Assembly (NCBI GenBank): GCA_008632985.1
Contig: QPGO01000059.1
Coordinates: 310,001-374,000 of the forward strand
Direction of reading: 5' to 3'
From: Psammoneis japonica
Taxonomy: Eukaryota
DNA length: 64,000 bases
The translations under genes and the position numbers were made by a program. The notes under the pieces were generated by a model. The model made no database searches. It had not been told where the DNA came from and saw only the letters and a program-made list of their open reading frames with translations. Below, piece after piece: positions 35,484 to 46,600 of this stretch. Each line of letters starts with the position of its first letter. Positions within the stretch are counted from its first letter, which is position 1.

Positions 35484-36588
35484 GTTTAAGCTCTAGCGAA
35501 CTAGAAGATGCTGTAAGTCTGGATAAAAGAGACATACACGCACTCTGGCGTATCTTTGAAATAGACGGAGTCTCGGGAAGATATTACATTTGCACTCTAG
35601 TGAATATTTGTCCTATAATTACTGCCTAGCACCCAGTAGATGTGAAATATGTGAATGAATAAACGTTCATCCATGCGGCATTAACTGTTACCGTACCACG
35701 ACGAAATTGGGCCTTCTCAAAGTGAATACAGTATTTACTACTTGCTCGTCATGTGAGACGACTGAATGAAATTTTCTATTTTCCTTTCGTAACATGTCTT
35801 TATCACAACGTGTTTTGCGGTTGGGACTGCCACAGCCGACATCCAAAAGCCTTTTTGTCGTTCTGATTGTTGCTTTTCTCGTTGACACGACAACATTGAT
35901 CTGCTTATTTTGTGTCACAGCTTGGGCATCTAATCCTCATTTCTTGCTGCTGTTCTTTCCTCTGTGAGTTGTGCCATCATTTTGAGAGGTGTGTCCCTCT
36001 CTTGCAACCATTGCCTGGGTTTGCTTGACACCAGTGCAAGCAGCCCAGCTCACTCTCCAAAGCACAGTTCTGCTCCGGCACTTGAATTCAAGTGCAATCA
36101 GGACCAGACCAGGACAGCAAAACCAAACATTTTGACAAAAAAATCAACATCTGGCTACAAGCATGAGCTCTTGCCACAAATTTGCGCAGTGCCGAGAAGG
36201 CAGCTGTTGGAGCCCGCATCAGCTCCAGAAATTCAATGTGTTTGTGTTGGGCCAGTCCAACATCAACTGGAGCAGCAGCATGGGGTCATCCCTTGACAAA
36301 GCTGCCATGCATCAACTCATGTGTGCTCAGCTGCATGGTCGAAAAACATTGTTGCATGCCAAGACAGCTGACGCGGGCATCACCACACCCCCACACAAAA
36401 GCCAAAAGGGCTGTTTTGCCAAGAGCTGCAATGTCAGGTTTTTTGTGCTGGCCATGGTCATCTGCCAAGCAACAGCTGGCATCTCAAATCTCAAAAACCT
36501 GGAAATGAGGGCGGCTGCTGTGGTCCCCTGCATGGAAGTTGTTGGGCACAAAAGAGACCCCCCCAATTTGGCTTTGTGGGGAGTTCCT

Positions 36589-36737
36589 CCCTTGATGATG
36601 TGGTGTGGCCCCATTTGTGGGCCAGCAGTTTGATGACCATCTTGCTGCCTCTCATGCCAGCACCCTTGATGATCTGGTGTGGCCCCATTTGTGGGCTGGC
36701 AGTTTGATGACCATCTTGCTGCCTCTCATGTCAGCAC
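36589..36737. repeat. 74-bp tandem duplication
   Basis: cccttgatgat...ctcatgYcagcac starting at 36589 and 36663. Confidence 0.9.
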
Positions 36738-37760
36738 TGTTGAGCAAGATGAGCCAAAGCAGTTGTTGTGAAATTCATGTGCAGCAAAAGTGAGCAGCAC
36801 AGCTCAGTCATCAAGGGTCATCAGGAAATTTTGGGGTGGGGCAACGCCTTTGATTGACAGCTGAGCACTCAGCAAGAGGAAAGTCAAAACATTTCTTTTT
36901 GCCATGTCCCAAACTTTGGCTCCTAAAAACATGAACAGCAAGAATGGGAAATGAGAGAGGGGACAAAGTGTGCTTTGTTTTGGAAAATCTTTCAACAACT
37001 GCTCAGGCTTTCCTTTGCCTCTGCAGCATGATGATGCTGCAGGAAGAAGAAGACAAGAGACAGTTGTGGTTGTGCACTGAACTCATTCTCAAGTTCCATG
37101 TGGTGTGACACAAAAGGGTGTTGGCAAGTGCAAAAGCCACTGACAGGCAATGCTGAACAATGAAAGAAAAGAAAGATGGCACAACAAGCCAAGCTCCTGG
37201 GGCTTGGTTGCAAGAGTGAATGATTGAACTCAAAATTGTGGTGGGCTCTCCTTTCCACCACTTGTCACCTCTGCCATCATTCTTTGTGCATGACACAGGC
37301 AGCTCATTGTCAGTGTGGAACAACAATCAACTTTCCACATGATTTCACCCATGCTGCATTTGTGACATGTGCCCATTTTCTTGCTCACAGAAAAAGAACA
37401 TCACAGAAGCATGACTCCTGATCATGAAGAGCGTTTCTCTGTTCTTCTTTTGGAGTGGACAAAGGCAAAAGAAGATCATGCGTGATCAATGATGTGCCAT
37501 GAGTTGTGGTGGTCATGATGTTTGGGTTAGGGCCCCAGAGCAATTTTCTGAGAGAGGGGGCTGGAGGCATCGTGGGACCGATCTCCAGCATGTGTTTTAC
37601 GTCGTGGTGTTTGCCGTTGAAGAAAGCTGTGAACTTGTCGCCGACCGCTGGACACTTTCAACTCTTTTGGCAGAGCCAAGAAGAAGACAGACACAAAAGA
37701 GTGGCATGAACAACAATCTGAAAGCCATTTAGCATGGATCCCTCACAGAGCAAAAAATCA

Positions 37761-38558
37761 TTAGCTCTGCTGACCTTCCTTTTCCTGATGGCGTCGACAG
37801 AGGTGTTTGTGTCTCTTCCAATCACCTTTTTGACACTCTCCACCACAACGCATTGCCACATGACATTCACTGCACCGCAGTTTTGCTGCAAGTTTCTTTC
37901 CACAGCAATCACACTCCAGATGCTCCTCCGCACCAGCCTGCAACCTCGAGAACAATTGGATGTCTTCGAGTCCCATGGCCTGATCCAACAGATTGGCATG
38001 GTTGCGGTCACAAAAGAGTTCCCATGCCAGCTTGCAAGCTGCAAAGAAAAACTTCTTCATCTGTGCCGGTCCATGCAGCAAAGCATGTTCCAATTCGGTT
38101 TTGGAAAGACGCTCCGCAAAGCAAAGCACATTCCATGTGCGCAAAACAATTTCACTCTTTGAAAGTTCCCTTTCTGCCCCATCGGACCGTCCGTCAAAGA
38201 CCAGTTCTTGTTTGTCCACTCCAAATGCATTTCCAAATTCTTCAATGACATCCTCTCCACCCATCATTTCGTCACATTCCTCTGGCAGCGGCCCATTGAC
38301 GTCTCCCGAACCATCACACAGGACTCCACAGTTGAGAAGGGAACGAAATTTTTCCACCACACTGGCAATGCCCGCCACACGAGGAGAGTGCCAATCATCT
38401 CCCAGTGGCATGGGCAGCGGAATGGGTTCGTAACCCGCCTCGCGCATCATTTTGTGGGGATTCACATGAAAGCCCACATCCCAATCAATGTTGGCAAAGT
38501 TGCTGTTGCAGAGTCGCGCCGTGTGCCCACTCCGTTGATGCGGTGGAAGACTGCGCAT
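37761..38558 (-). CDS. MYND zinc-finger protein; open frame but TpA-eroded (possibly pseudogenising)
   Basis: CDCC..LRCSECHVAMRCGGECQKGDWKRHKHLC. Only one Tyr in 265 aa, and the canonical YC reads RC (CGT). Confidence 0.6.
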   Translation of the reverse strand: MRSLPPHQRSGHTARLCNSNFANIDWDVGFHVNPHKMMREAGYEPIPLPMPLGDDWHSPRVAGIASVVEKFRSLLNCGVLCDGSGDVNGPLPEECDEMMGGEDVIEEFGNAFGVDKQELVFDGRSDGAERELSKSEIVLRTWNVLCFAERLSKTELEHALLHGPAQMKKFFFAACKLAWELFCDRNHANLLDQAMGLEDIQLFSRLQAGAEEHLECDCCGKKLAAKLRCSECHVAMRCGGECQKGDWKRHKHLCRRHQEKEGQQS

Positions 38559-38910
38559 GACGCGTTCCAGCCCTAGGTGGGACTCCGTGTGACATTGGGC
38601 CCGTAGAATTCTACGTGCGAGCTCCGTAGTACGAGAATTTAATTAATGGATACATTTATCTTCAACATCAAATAAACGGCCAAGTTTGTGGTACAATTAT
38701 GCCTCTTACCACTCGACGTTTTTGCAAATGCACCTGCCCTACGCGATTCTTAAGACATTATAGAATCGCGCTGTAACAATAAATGTCAAAAGTTTTTGGA
38801 CGGATCGCTCAATAAGTGTACCGTAAAATGACACAAAATATCGAAAAAATCACGTAGAAATCTACGTGCGCGACATACGACGTGATTCAAAAAACTGTCG
38901 ATGTCACAGT

Positions 38911-39213
38911 TCAGTAGTGCGAGGTCCCACCTAGACCTGGAACACGTCGCATCCACAACTGAATCGTATTTGCATAGTCGGTGGCGGCCAAGGCTTGTTC
39001 CATCTGTGTCCGACTGAAGCGGCTGTGCAAGTAGAGCGACTTGAAGGCGTTGTAGAGATTCCGGCCCGCGTCGCCAGACGTGCCCAAGACCTTTTCTGCA
39101 TCCGTGTCGGGGAGATAATCTGCATCGCGAGATTCAATATACTTTTGCACAATGAGTGCGTAGACCTTGTAGGCATATGGTACCAACTCAGAGGCGTTGT
39201 TGGTCGACGCCAT
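38911..39213 (-). CDS. Small 100-aa orphan protein
   Basis: ATG at 39213 (MASTNNASELVPYAYKVY...). GC-richer ORF between AT-rich flanks with normal Tyr content. Confidence 0.55.
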   Translation of the reverse strand: MASTNNASELVPYAYKVYALIVQKYIESRDADYLPDTDAEKVLGTSGDAGRNLYNAFKSLYLHSRFSRTQMEQALAATDYANTIQLWMRRVPGLGGTSHY

Positions 39214-39628
39214 GGTCTGTGTTGATCTTTGCAGATTGAAGATGCTTGATGGAATAGATTGGAGATGCGACGATGATGCATGCATTGTCCGTTGAAGAAA
39301 CTGAGCATTTTGAAATATATAAATTCTTATATATAATAAAAGATTATTATCCTCGTGTTAGAAAACAAATAATTTTATTAAACATTTAAGACACATATAG
39401 TTTCATAATTTTTTGGGCGATCAGCTTATTATGTTCGCCTTCATTTCTGTTGATGAATAGAATGATTTGGCGGCACGTGCCTCACATTTCATCGGCATTT
39501 CCTCATCAAATCTTCTCGGCGACTTCAACAACATTGATGTTATTGTGCATTATCTGTTGCCTTTGCAATCAATCAATCAGTAGTTCCATTCCGTACTTCA
39601 GTATTAGGCACTGCTATATGGTTCAAAG

Positions 39629-41513
39629 ATGAGCTCGACAATAAACATCGACGTTGTGCCTTCGCATGCGCCGTCTGATGAGAAACCGGAATCGATGTAT
39701 CATTCGCTTACAGAGTCTGGCGAAGCCCAGGGGATTGGTCTCACAAGCGGTTTAAATAACGACGATGACAGTGGAAACCCCCCTACCAAGATGGAAGTAT
39801 TTGAGCAGGAACAATACCAAGAACGAAATACGGGATCCATCTTTCATTCTTCGGACATACACTTGCGTTTTACAGACGCCCAATACAAGAATATCATTAA
39901 CGCACTGTACTTGTCCGTGGGCGCCATTTTTGGATCCTCTTTCGCATCATCGTGGCTCAGATTTTTGGTGAGAGCTGTAGGAATCCAGACACTATTGGTT
40001 GGTAAGAGTGAAAAAAGTTGTGTCGAACGTATATGCGCACTACAGGTAATGTGGCATGCACAACTCACTTTTTGTTTTTGCTCCTTCAGGCTAGCCGCGT
40101 CTTCGCCCTTGTGCGTCACTGCCGACGGAGAAGTTGGATCTGTCAATGGAATTGTCTTTGCGGTATGTAGACAGGTCCATTCGTTATGGGGTCTAATGTA
40201 TCACGACCCCACTTGACCTTTCTGATTTTATTCTCGTCTGTCTTGATCTTGCTTTTTGTCAATAGGATTTTCCTGCAAATATGCTTGGATGTTTCATTAT
40301 GGGCTTCATGGTATCGACAGATGTGCTTGGCTTACCTGTGAGCGCTCCCATTACCTGGTTGCCACCGGAACACTTTTTTCAAAGTTACGATGCTTTGCAT
40401 TTGGCAATTCGTACAGGATTCTGCGGCTCATTGACTACATTTTCGTCTTGGAACTCGGACATGGTTGTCATGATGTATGCGACCGGCGTTGCCAACACAA
40501 AGAGCATGGTAATTCGTGCAATGATTGGTTACATTGTCGGTATGGAAACAGCATTGGGCTCCTTTGCGTTTGGACGGACCATTGCCTTGTGGATCCATCG
40601 TTGGACGAATCCAATCTTGAGACAAGAAGAAGATGCAGTTTTTCGACGAAAAGCGGAAGGTGTTTACATTAATAACAAACTGCCAGAGTTTGAACGTCGA
40701 TTTCTTCCGGACCTTGATATGGATAGTACAGAAGACATTGATCCGAAACAGGTGGCATTTTTGGAGCGGTGGCGAGTGTCAACCAAGGAAGCTCGTAGAG
40801 TTGGTCATGTGCTGCTTCCTACGTTGATCGAGATTGAAGAGTGTGTCCTCATTCAACGAAAAAAGGCTACTCCTGCTTTGTATGCTGATGCCACACAAGC
40901 AGATTGGGACTTGGCGGCTCTTGAAGTTTGGGTAGAAGTTCGGGATGCCGACAATCCTGTCCATATTCAACCGCATATGCCAGATAGATACTATTCCTGG
41001 AAGGCCGCTCTATTGATATTTTCTCTCTGCATGGCTCCACTCCTGGTGGCCGTGTTTTTCCTAAATGGAGAGGACGATTATAGTGTAACATATCGCACCA
41101 TGGTGTTTGCCGCTCTGCTGGCGTCCCCGGGTGCCTTGTTGCGGTGGAAGTTGTCAAAGTTAAACGGGAAATTGCCGATTGCTTCGTTGAGTTGGCTGCC
41201 GATTGGAACACTGGCAGCAAACGTTGTGGGTTGTATGATTTCTATTTCGGCCATTGCTATCGAGCTCCGTCTTGACACCCATGCGTGGGAGTATGGAATC
41301 GAATACGGATTCGTTACCATTGGCTCCTTGCGAGCGATCAAAGTTGGGTTTGCTGGCAGTCTCACAACAGTGTCGACATTTGCCTCGGAGGTCGCAAACT
41401 TTATCAAGTGCTCCCTTACAGGATACAGGGCGTACATCTACACCACCATCACTATTGGCAGTTCGTGCGTCGTGTCTGTTCTTATTTATGGCCTGATTGT
41501 TTATGTTTTCTAG
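39629..41513 (+). CDS. FEX: Fluoride exporter FEX (tandem CrcB/Fluc domains); exons 39629-40001, 40090-40162, 40266-41513; 1-bp deletion near 39932
   Basis: GAIFG..R, ANMLGCFIMG, TGFCGSLTTFSSW, PGALLRW.L, GTLAANVVG, GFAGSLTTVSTF. Confidence 0.88.
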
Positions 41514-41783
41514 AGGAGGTACCGAACATTATCTGTGTGAACAAACTTACGCTTAGATTAAATTCGTAGATTTCATTCACTGAGAATGTAAGACTTAGGC
41601 AATCTTCTTCCAACTGGTAAAGCAACGACAGCGGCGAGAATCACTGCCATGCCAATCTAAAAGTGAACACAGGAATCCTTCACACTACGCGCAATGGCAA
41701 GCAATATCATAGTGATAATAATCTAAGTAGGTATGTCTAAGTCTCGTGTGAGAACAATCTAATTCCTAACTGTGTGTCAAATA

Positions 41784-43349
41784 TCAAGCGGACCCATTCT
41801 TGTTGTCACGAAGTTCTCGTTTAAGGATCTTGCCTGTGGCCGATTTGGGTAGAGCGTCAACAATCTCCACAACGCGAGGATATTTGTAGGCAGCAATGTT
41901 GGATTTGCAATACTCGATAATCTCTTGAGGTGCCAATTCTTTGTCTGGCTTGAGGACAATGACAGCCTTGACTTCTTCTCCAAGACGTTCGTCTGGAATA
42001 CCAATCACTGCCGCTTCCGCGATTGCTTCATGACGATAGAGCACTTCTTCCACCTCGCGACTGTACACATTGTATCCGCCGCGAATAATCAAGTCCTTTT
42101 TGCGGTCCACAATGAAATAATATCCATCCTCATCCACTGTGCCAATGTCACCCGTGGCGAACCATCCGTTTCCACGCGAAAAGACTTCTTCGTTGGCTTC
42201 AGGAGCCTCGTAGTAGCCCTTCATCACATTGACTCCGCGGATATGAATTTCACCACGTTCGTGGGGTTTGGTAATGACATTCCCATCATTATCCACAAGA
42301 CAGAATTCCACAAAATCAATCGGAACACCAATCGATCCTACCTTCTTGGGACGATCCAAGACGTTAAAGGACGCCACGGGCGGCGTTTCGGAGAGGCCAT
42401 ATCCCTCCAAGATGTTGACGTTGTACTTGGTATCAAACTCCTCCATGACGCTCTTGGGCATGGCACTTCCACCGCAGACACAATACTTGAGTGAATCAAT
42501 CTTGTATTCTTCCGCCTTGGGGTGATGAAGCAGTGCAAAGTACATGGTTGGGACACCCGCAAAAAAGTTAATCTCGTGCTGCTTTAAAAGTTTCAAGGCA
42601 CCCTCCGCGTCAAATCGTGGCATAAGAACAATGGTAGCACCGACACTCACACCACCATTCTGCACCACGGTTTGACAAAAGGAATGAAACAAGGGCAAGA
42701 CGGCCAAAAACTTGTGTTGCGACTTCAAGGGCAGAAGCGATCGAGTCAGGCATTGGGCGTTTTGAAACAAATTAAAATGGGATAATTCGGCACCCTTGGG
42801 TTTTCCGGTCGTGCCGGACGTGTAGAGAATGACAGCCGTATCGGTGGGCTGCGTGACGGCCATTTCTTGACGTGGCGCTGCCTTGCTTATCAAGGAGTTC
42901 CAATTGTACATACCATCACCCTCGTACTCCTTGACATTGGTGGGATCTTGCGGTACAACAATCAAATGTTGACACTTCTCCGCCCCCTGAAAACCAGCTT
43001 GAGCGTGTTCTAGAAAACCTTCCCATGCAATCAATACCTTGGCGTTGGAATTCTCCAAATGATACTGGACCTCACCCGATTTCAGCAACACATTGAGAGG
43101 CACTACGGAGGAACCACGGTATAGCGCACCAAAGTAGGCAGCTGTGAAATAAGGTACATTAGGCAACATGAGTGCAACATTGGCGGATGCTTCAGAATCA
43201 TCAAGTAGTGTATCCAGCACGGATGCAACCTTTTGCGACAAGCCTAGCAACTGACGGTACGTGACGGATGTTTCACCAATCACGAGTGCAGCCTTATCAG
43301 GGTACTTGGAGGCTGACGTTGTAAGCAGAGTAGAAAGGTTGAGAGACAT
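41784..43349 (-). CDS. Long-chain fatty acid-CoA ligase (FadD/LcfB-like), intronless
   Basis: YTSGTTGKPKG, EGYGLSET, GWFATGDIG, DRKKDLIIRGGYNVY..EVE, LPKSATGKILK. Confidence 0.93.
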   Translation of the reverse strand: MSLNLSTLLTTSASKYPDKAALVIGETSVTYRQLLGLSQKVASVLDTLLDDSEASANVALMLPNVPYFTAAYFGALYRGSSVVPLNVLLKSGEVQYHLENSNAKVLIAWEGFLEHAQAGFQGAEKCQHLIVVPQDPTNVKEYEGDGMYNWNSLISKAAPRQEMAVTQPTDTAVILYTSGTTGKPKGAELSHFNLFQNAQCLTRSLLPLKSQHKFLAVLPLFHSFCQTVVQNGGVSVGATIVLMPRFDAEGALKLLKQHEINFFAGVPTMYFALLHHPKAEEYKIDSLKYCVCGGSAMPKSVMEEFDTKYNVNILEGYGLSETPPVASFNVLDRPKKVGSIGVPIDFVEFCLVDNDGNVITKPHERGEIHIRGVNVMKGYYEAPEANEEVFSRGNGWFATGDIGTVDEDGYYFIVDRKKDLIIRGGYNVYSREVEEVLYRHEAIAEAAVIGIPDERLGEEVKAVIVLKPDKELAPQEIIEYCKSNIAAYKYPRVVEIVDALPKSATGKILKRELRDNKNGSA

Positions 43350-43649
43350 GGCGTTTTGGCGTTCTTGTAGCTTTATGGGTAACAATCATTCGCTAGAGTA
43401 GAGAGAAGGATATCGCAGCAACAGGAACAGCAACGAGAACAGCAGAAGTGAACCCGGTAACTGTAAGGCGAACTAGTAGACCCTATTGTGCGTGATTGAA
43501 GTTTGTGTTGAAGGAAGGTGTCACCTCAAAGATCGCGCCACATCGCGCCAAAAAGTCTCAACGTCAATGACCCAAATCTTGGTTTTTATGACATACAACG
43601 CTACTGTACGTAGGGCCCTACCTAGAGAGCAGGGCCCTGTTTATTTTAG

Positions 43650-46600
43650 AACGACCATGCCATGGATGAACACAACCCCAGTGGCATTTCTTGCCGACCG
43701 TCAACACAAATTGGAGCCAAGACGGCAGGCCAAGCACAATGAGAGGACATCTCTTGGGTGGCCGTGCTCTTGGAGTGTCGCCGCGCGACAGACAGCAGCC
43801 TGCGCAGGTGCAATGGATGGACAGATGACGGACGATGACGAGATGCCGCCCAGTCCCCCTCATTGTTCTTGGCAGACGATCAGTGACAATGGGATCAGAT
43901 GCGTTGACCCACTTGGGTCAACAATGCTGAAAATTCCCACCCAACCCATCCCTCTGTTCACACATCAGCGCAGGGGAACAAATGGACGGAATTAGATCTA
44001 CGGATTTGTCCCCTGTTTTCCCAGCCACTGTCACAGCAGCAACACATGAATGCACATGTTTGTGTGTGTGTCACACATTGGGTGCATTTGTCCATGGTTG
44101 TTGCTCCCATTTGGTGGTGTCACTGTGTTGTCATGTCATCGAAGTGCAGTCCAGCTGAGGCTGCAGTGGCAGGGAATCTCCGATTCATGACGACATCAGC
44201 CGCTGCGATCATCAAGATTCTGGAGAAGAGTCTCAACAATCTTGGAATTGCAGAGACCTCCAAGAAGATTTGGTGCCCCAAGCTCCCATTGGCACACATC
44301 AAACCTGTCATTTGTTGCAAGGTGTTCAATGGCATGGAGCTCATTTTTGCTGAACATGGCAAGTCATTGCACAAAATGACACTTCCCCTTCCCACCCATG
44401 ATGATGTTGTCACGTGGGCCCCATCAAAACGTCAAAATGAATTCAACAAAAACATCAAGTGGGCAGCATGCCCTGAGTTGGAATGACCCAATGTTGCACC
44501 TGTCATGCATGAATTTTGTGGCTGTTTCTGTGTGGTGTGGGATTGAGGAAAAGTGTCCGAGGGTTTTTGTGCCACATTGACACAGGTTCCATCCAGCCAG
44601 TGTGCTGCAAACCTCCCAATGCGGTCCGCATGTGAGTGGGCCATGATGAACCAACTGACAAGTCACCCAGACAACAACAGACTGACCAAGCCCAACTTGG
44701 ACAGCCCACGGGGTGCGCTTGTTGTGCTGGTGGCCAAACCCAATCAAGAGGACAACCCATGGTTCCAGCACATCTGGCACTCATGCATCTCATGTCAGAA
44801 ACTGAGCCAGGCAATGCATCCTTTTGCACGCATGCCCCCCTTGGTGCAACGATGCAGCACAAGACATTCCCCCACATGCCAAGTCTTTGTCAGCTTTGAT
44901 TTGGAGATTGTGGGTGCTGGCAAATTCATCATGACAAGGAAACCTGCTGCCACAAGACTGACTGTGGATTGCAACATGCTGGCACACTGCAACACATCTG
45001 CCAAAGCATGCATGAGGGGAGCAACTGAACACTGGAAGCTCCCCCACAACTGTGTTGATGGCCATCCCACAGCACCATGGCCCCCTCAATGAACAAACCT
45101 CCCCACTTTGGCACAACCCACACCACCCCTCACCTTCAGTGGTGCACTCACTTTAAACCATGCATCCAACCTTGCCCAAGAAGCCAATTGAGCCCAAAGA
45201 ATCATCGCACGGGGCCCCATCACACAGCCCTCATCCTCAAGCCTCTTGACAACATCAAAATCATTGCAAACAACCCTGTCTTTCTGGATGATCATGTGCA
45301 GAAAAATCAGCAGGACCATGCATTGGTGACCAATGCCAAGTTGTTCTTTGAAGATGGGTCACATCATTCACCCCAAGACAACCATGTTGATTGGCACATC
45401 ATGGTGTGCACACCAGAAAACCCAAAACCACCACTGTCTGACAAACAAGAAGAAGAGTTCCAGACATGGTGTTCGACAGCCCTGCTGGAACACACCAATC
45501 TTCTCATTGGGTGCGGTCATGCAAGAGCAGCCTTGTTGTTGTTTCCTCATTTTCATGGCAACCCAACCAAGTTCATCAAGCACAATGCCAAGCTGCGTGT
45601 CGATTGGTCAGCTGCAGCTGCCATGGTGAGCAACACCACTCATGGTGGTTCCATCAAGAGAGACCACATCCTGGTGCTTGTAGCCCCTGCAAGCATGGCC
45701 AAACAGCTCTGCTTTCCCCCCTCCTCAAAAACCCCAGATCCCATGCACAAGCATCTGGGCACACACTTGTCATCAAGCATCTTCCTTGATCTTGATGATG
45801 CAACCAAAACTGACCTGATGCCAGTTGCCAAAGCCATGGCAGAGAACATGACACATCAGCAACTGTCACCTGGTTTGCCAAGCCAAGTGCAATGAGCTCC
45901 CTCTGTGAGGGCTTTTCCAGCATTCTCTGACACCAACCCAGCTCCGTCGATTGCCGCACCCTGAGTCAAAGGAGATTTCTTCAATGGCCCATTTGCCACA
46001 TGGGGATGTCTTGCAACAACTGCCAGCATCACCACCCAGCCCATCTGTGTGAGATCATGAACCCGCTCGGTGTTGACCAGAGTCATGCCAAATGCTTGGT
46101 TCACCATGATGAGAGCACCCCACTCAAGTCATTGCACAAGCAGCACCAGGCAAAGCTGGATTGTGCATGATGCTCCATGCTTTGCACATGGCCGAATCCT
46201 TGTGCAAACCAGACAGTCAAAACATGAGGAGTTGGCCAACAAAGCCAACATCCAGCCAACTGCAGCACACATGTCTTTGGCCCCGGCAATCAACAGAGCA
46301 ACTGTGGTGCCATTTCCTGATGATGGCAAGTGGTGACAAGCAACGACACAAGATCATGACCACAAAGCAGTCCTGTCACACCTCCAACATGGCACAGCTC
46401 CCACTGGAGCCAACTTCAGCAACAAAGGTTGTGCTCGGGCATTCAAAGCTGACCAGTTAGAAGCAGATCAGGGCATCACATGCTTCTGTGAATGAATCAA
46501 GTTGAACAATCACTGCCAACTCTGAGCCAAAGTGGTGCCTGTCACATTGCGCTGAACGGTGATTGTGGCATGCCATGTGCCCCCATTTGCAGGACAAAGT

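Larger units (their letters stand above)
35900..38560. other. Block B: TpA-depleted throughout, CpG-depleted mainly in 35950-37550
   Basis: Visible dinucleotide bias; hand count over 37801-38400: 21 CG and 0 TA. Confidence 0.85.
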
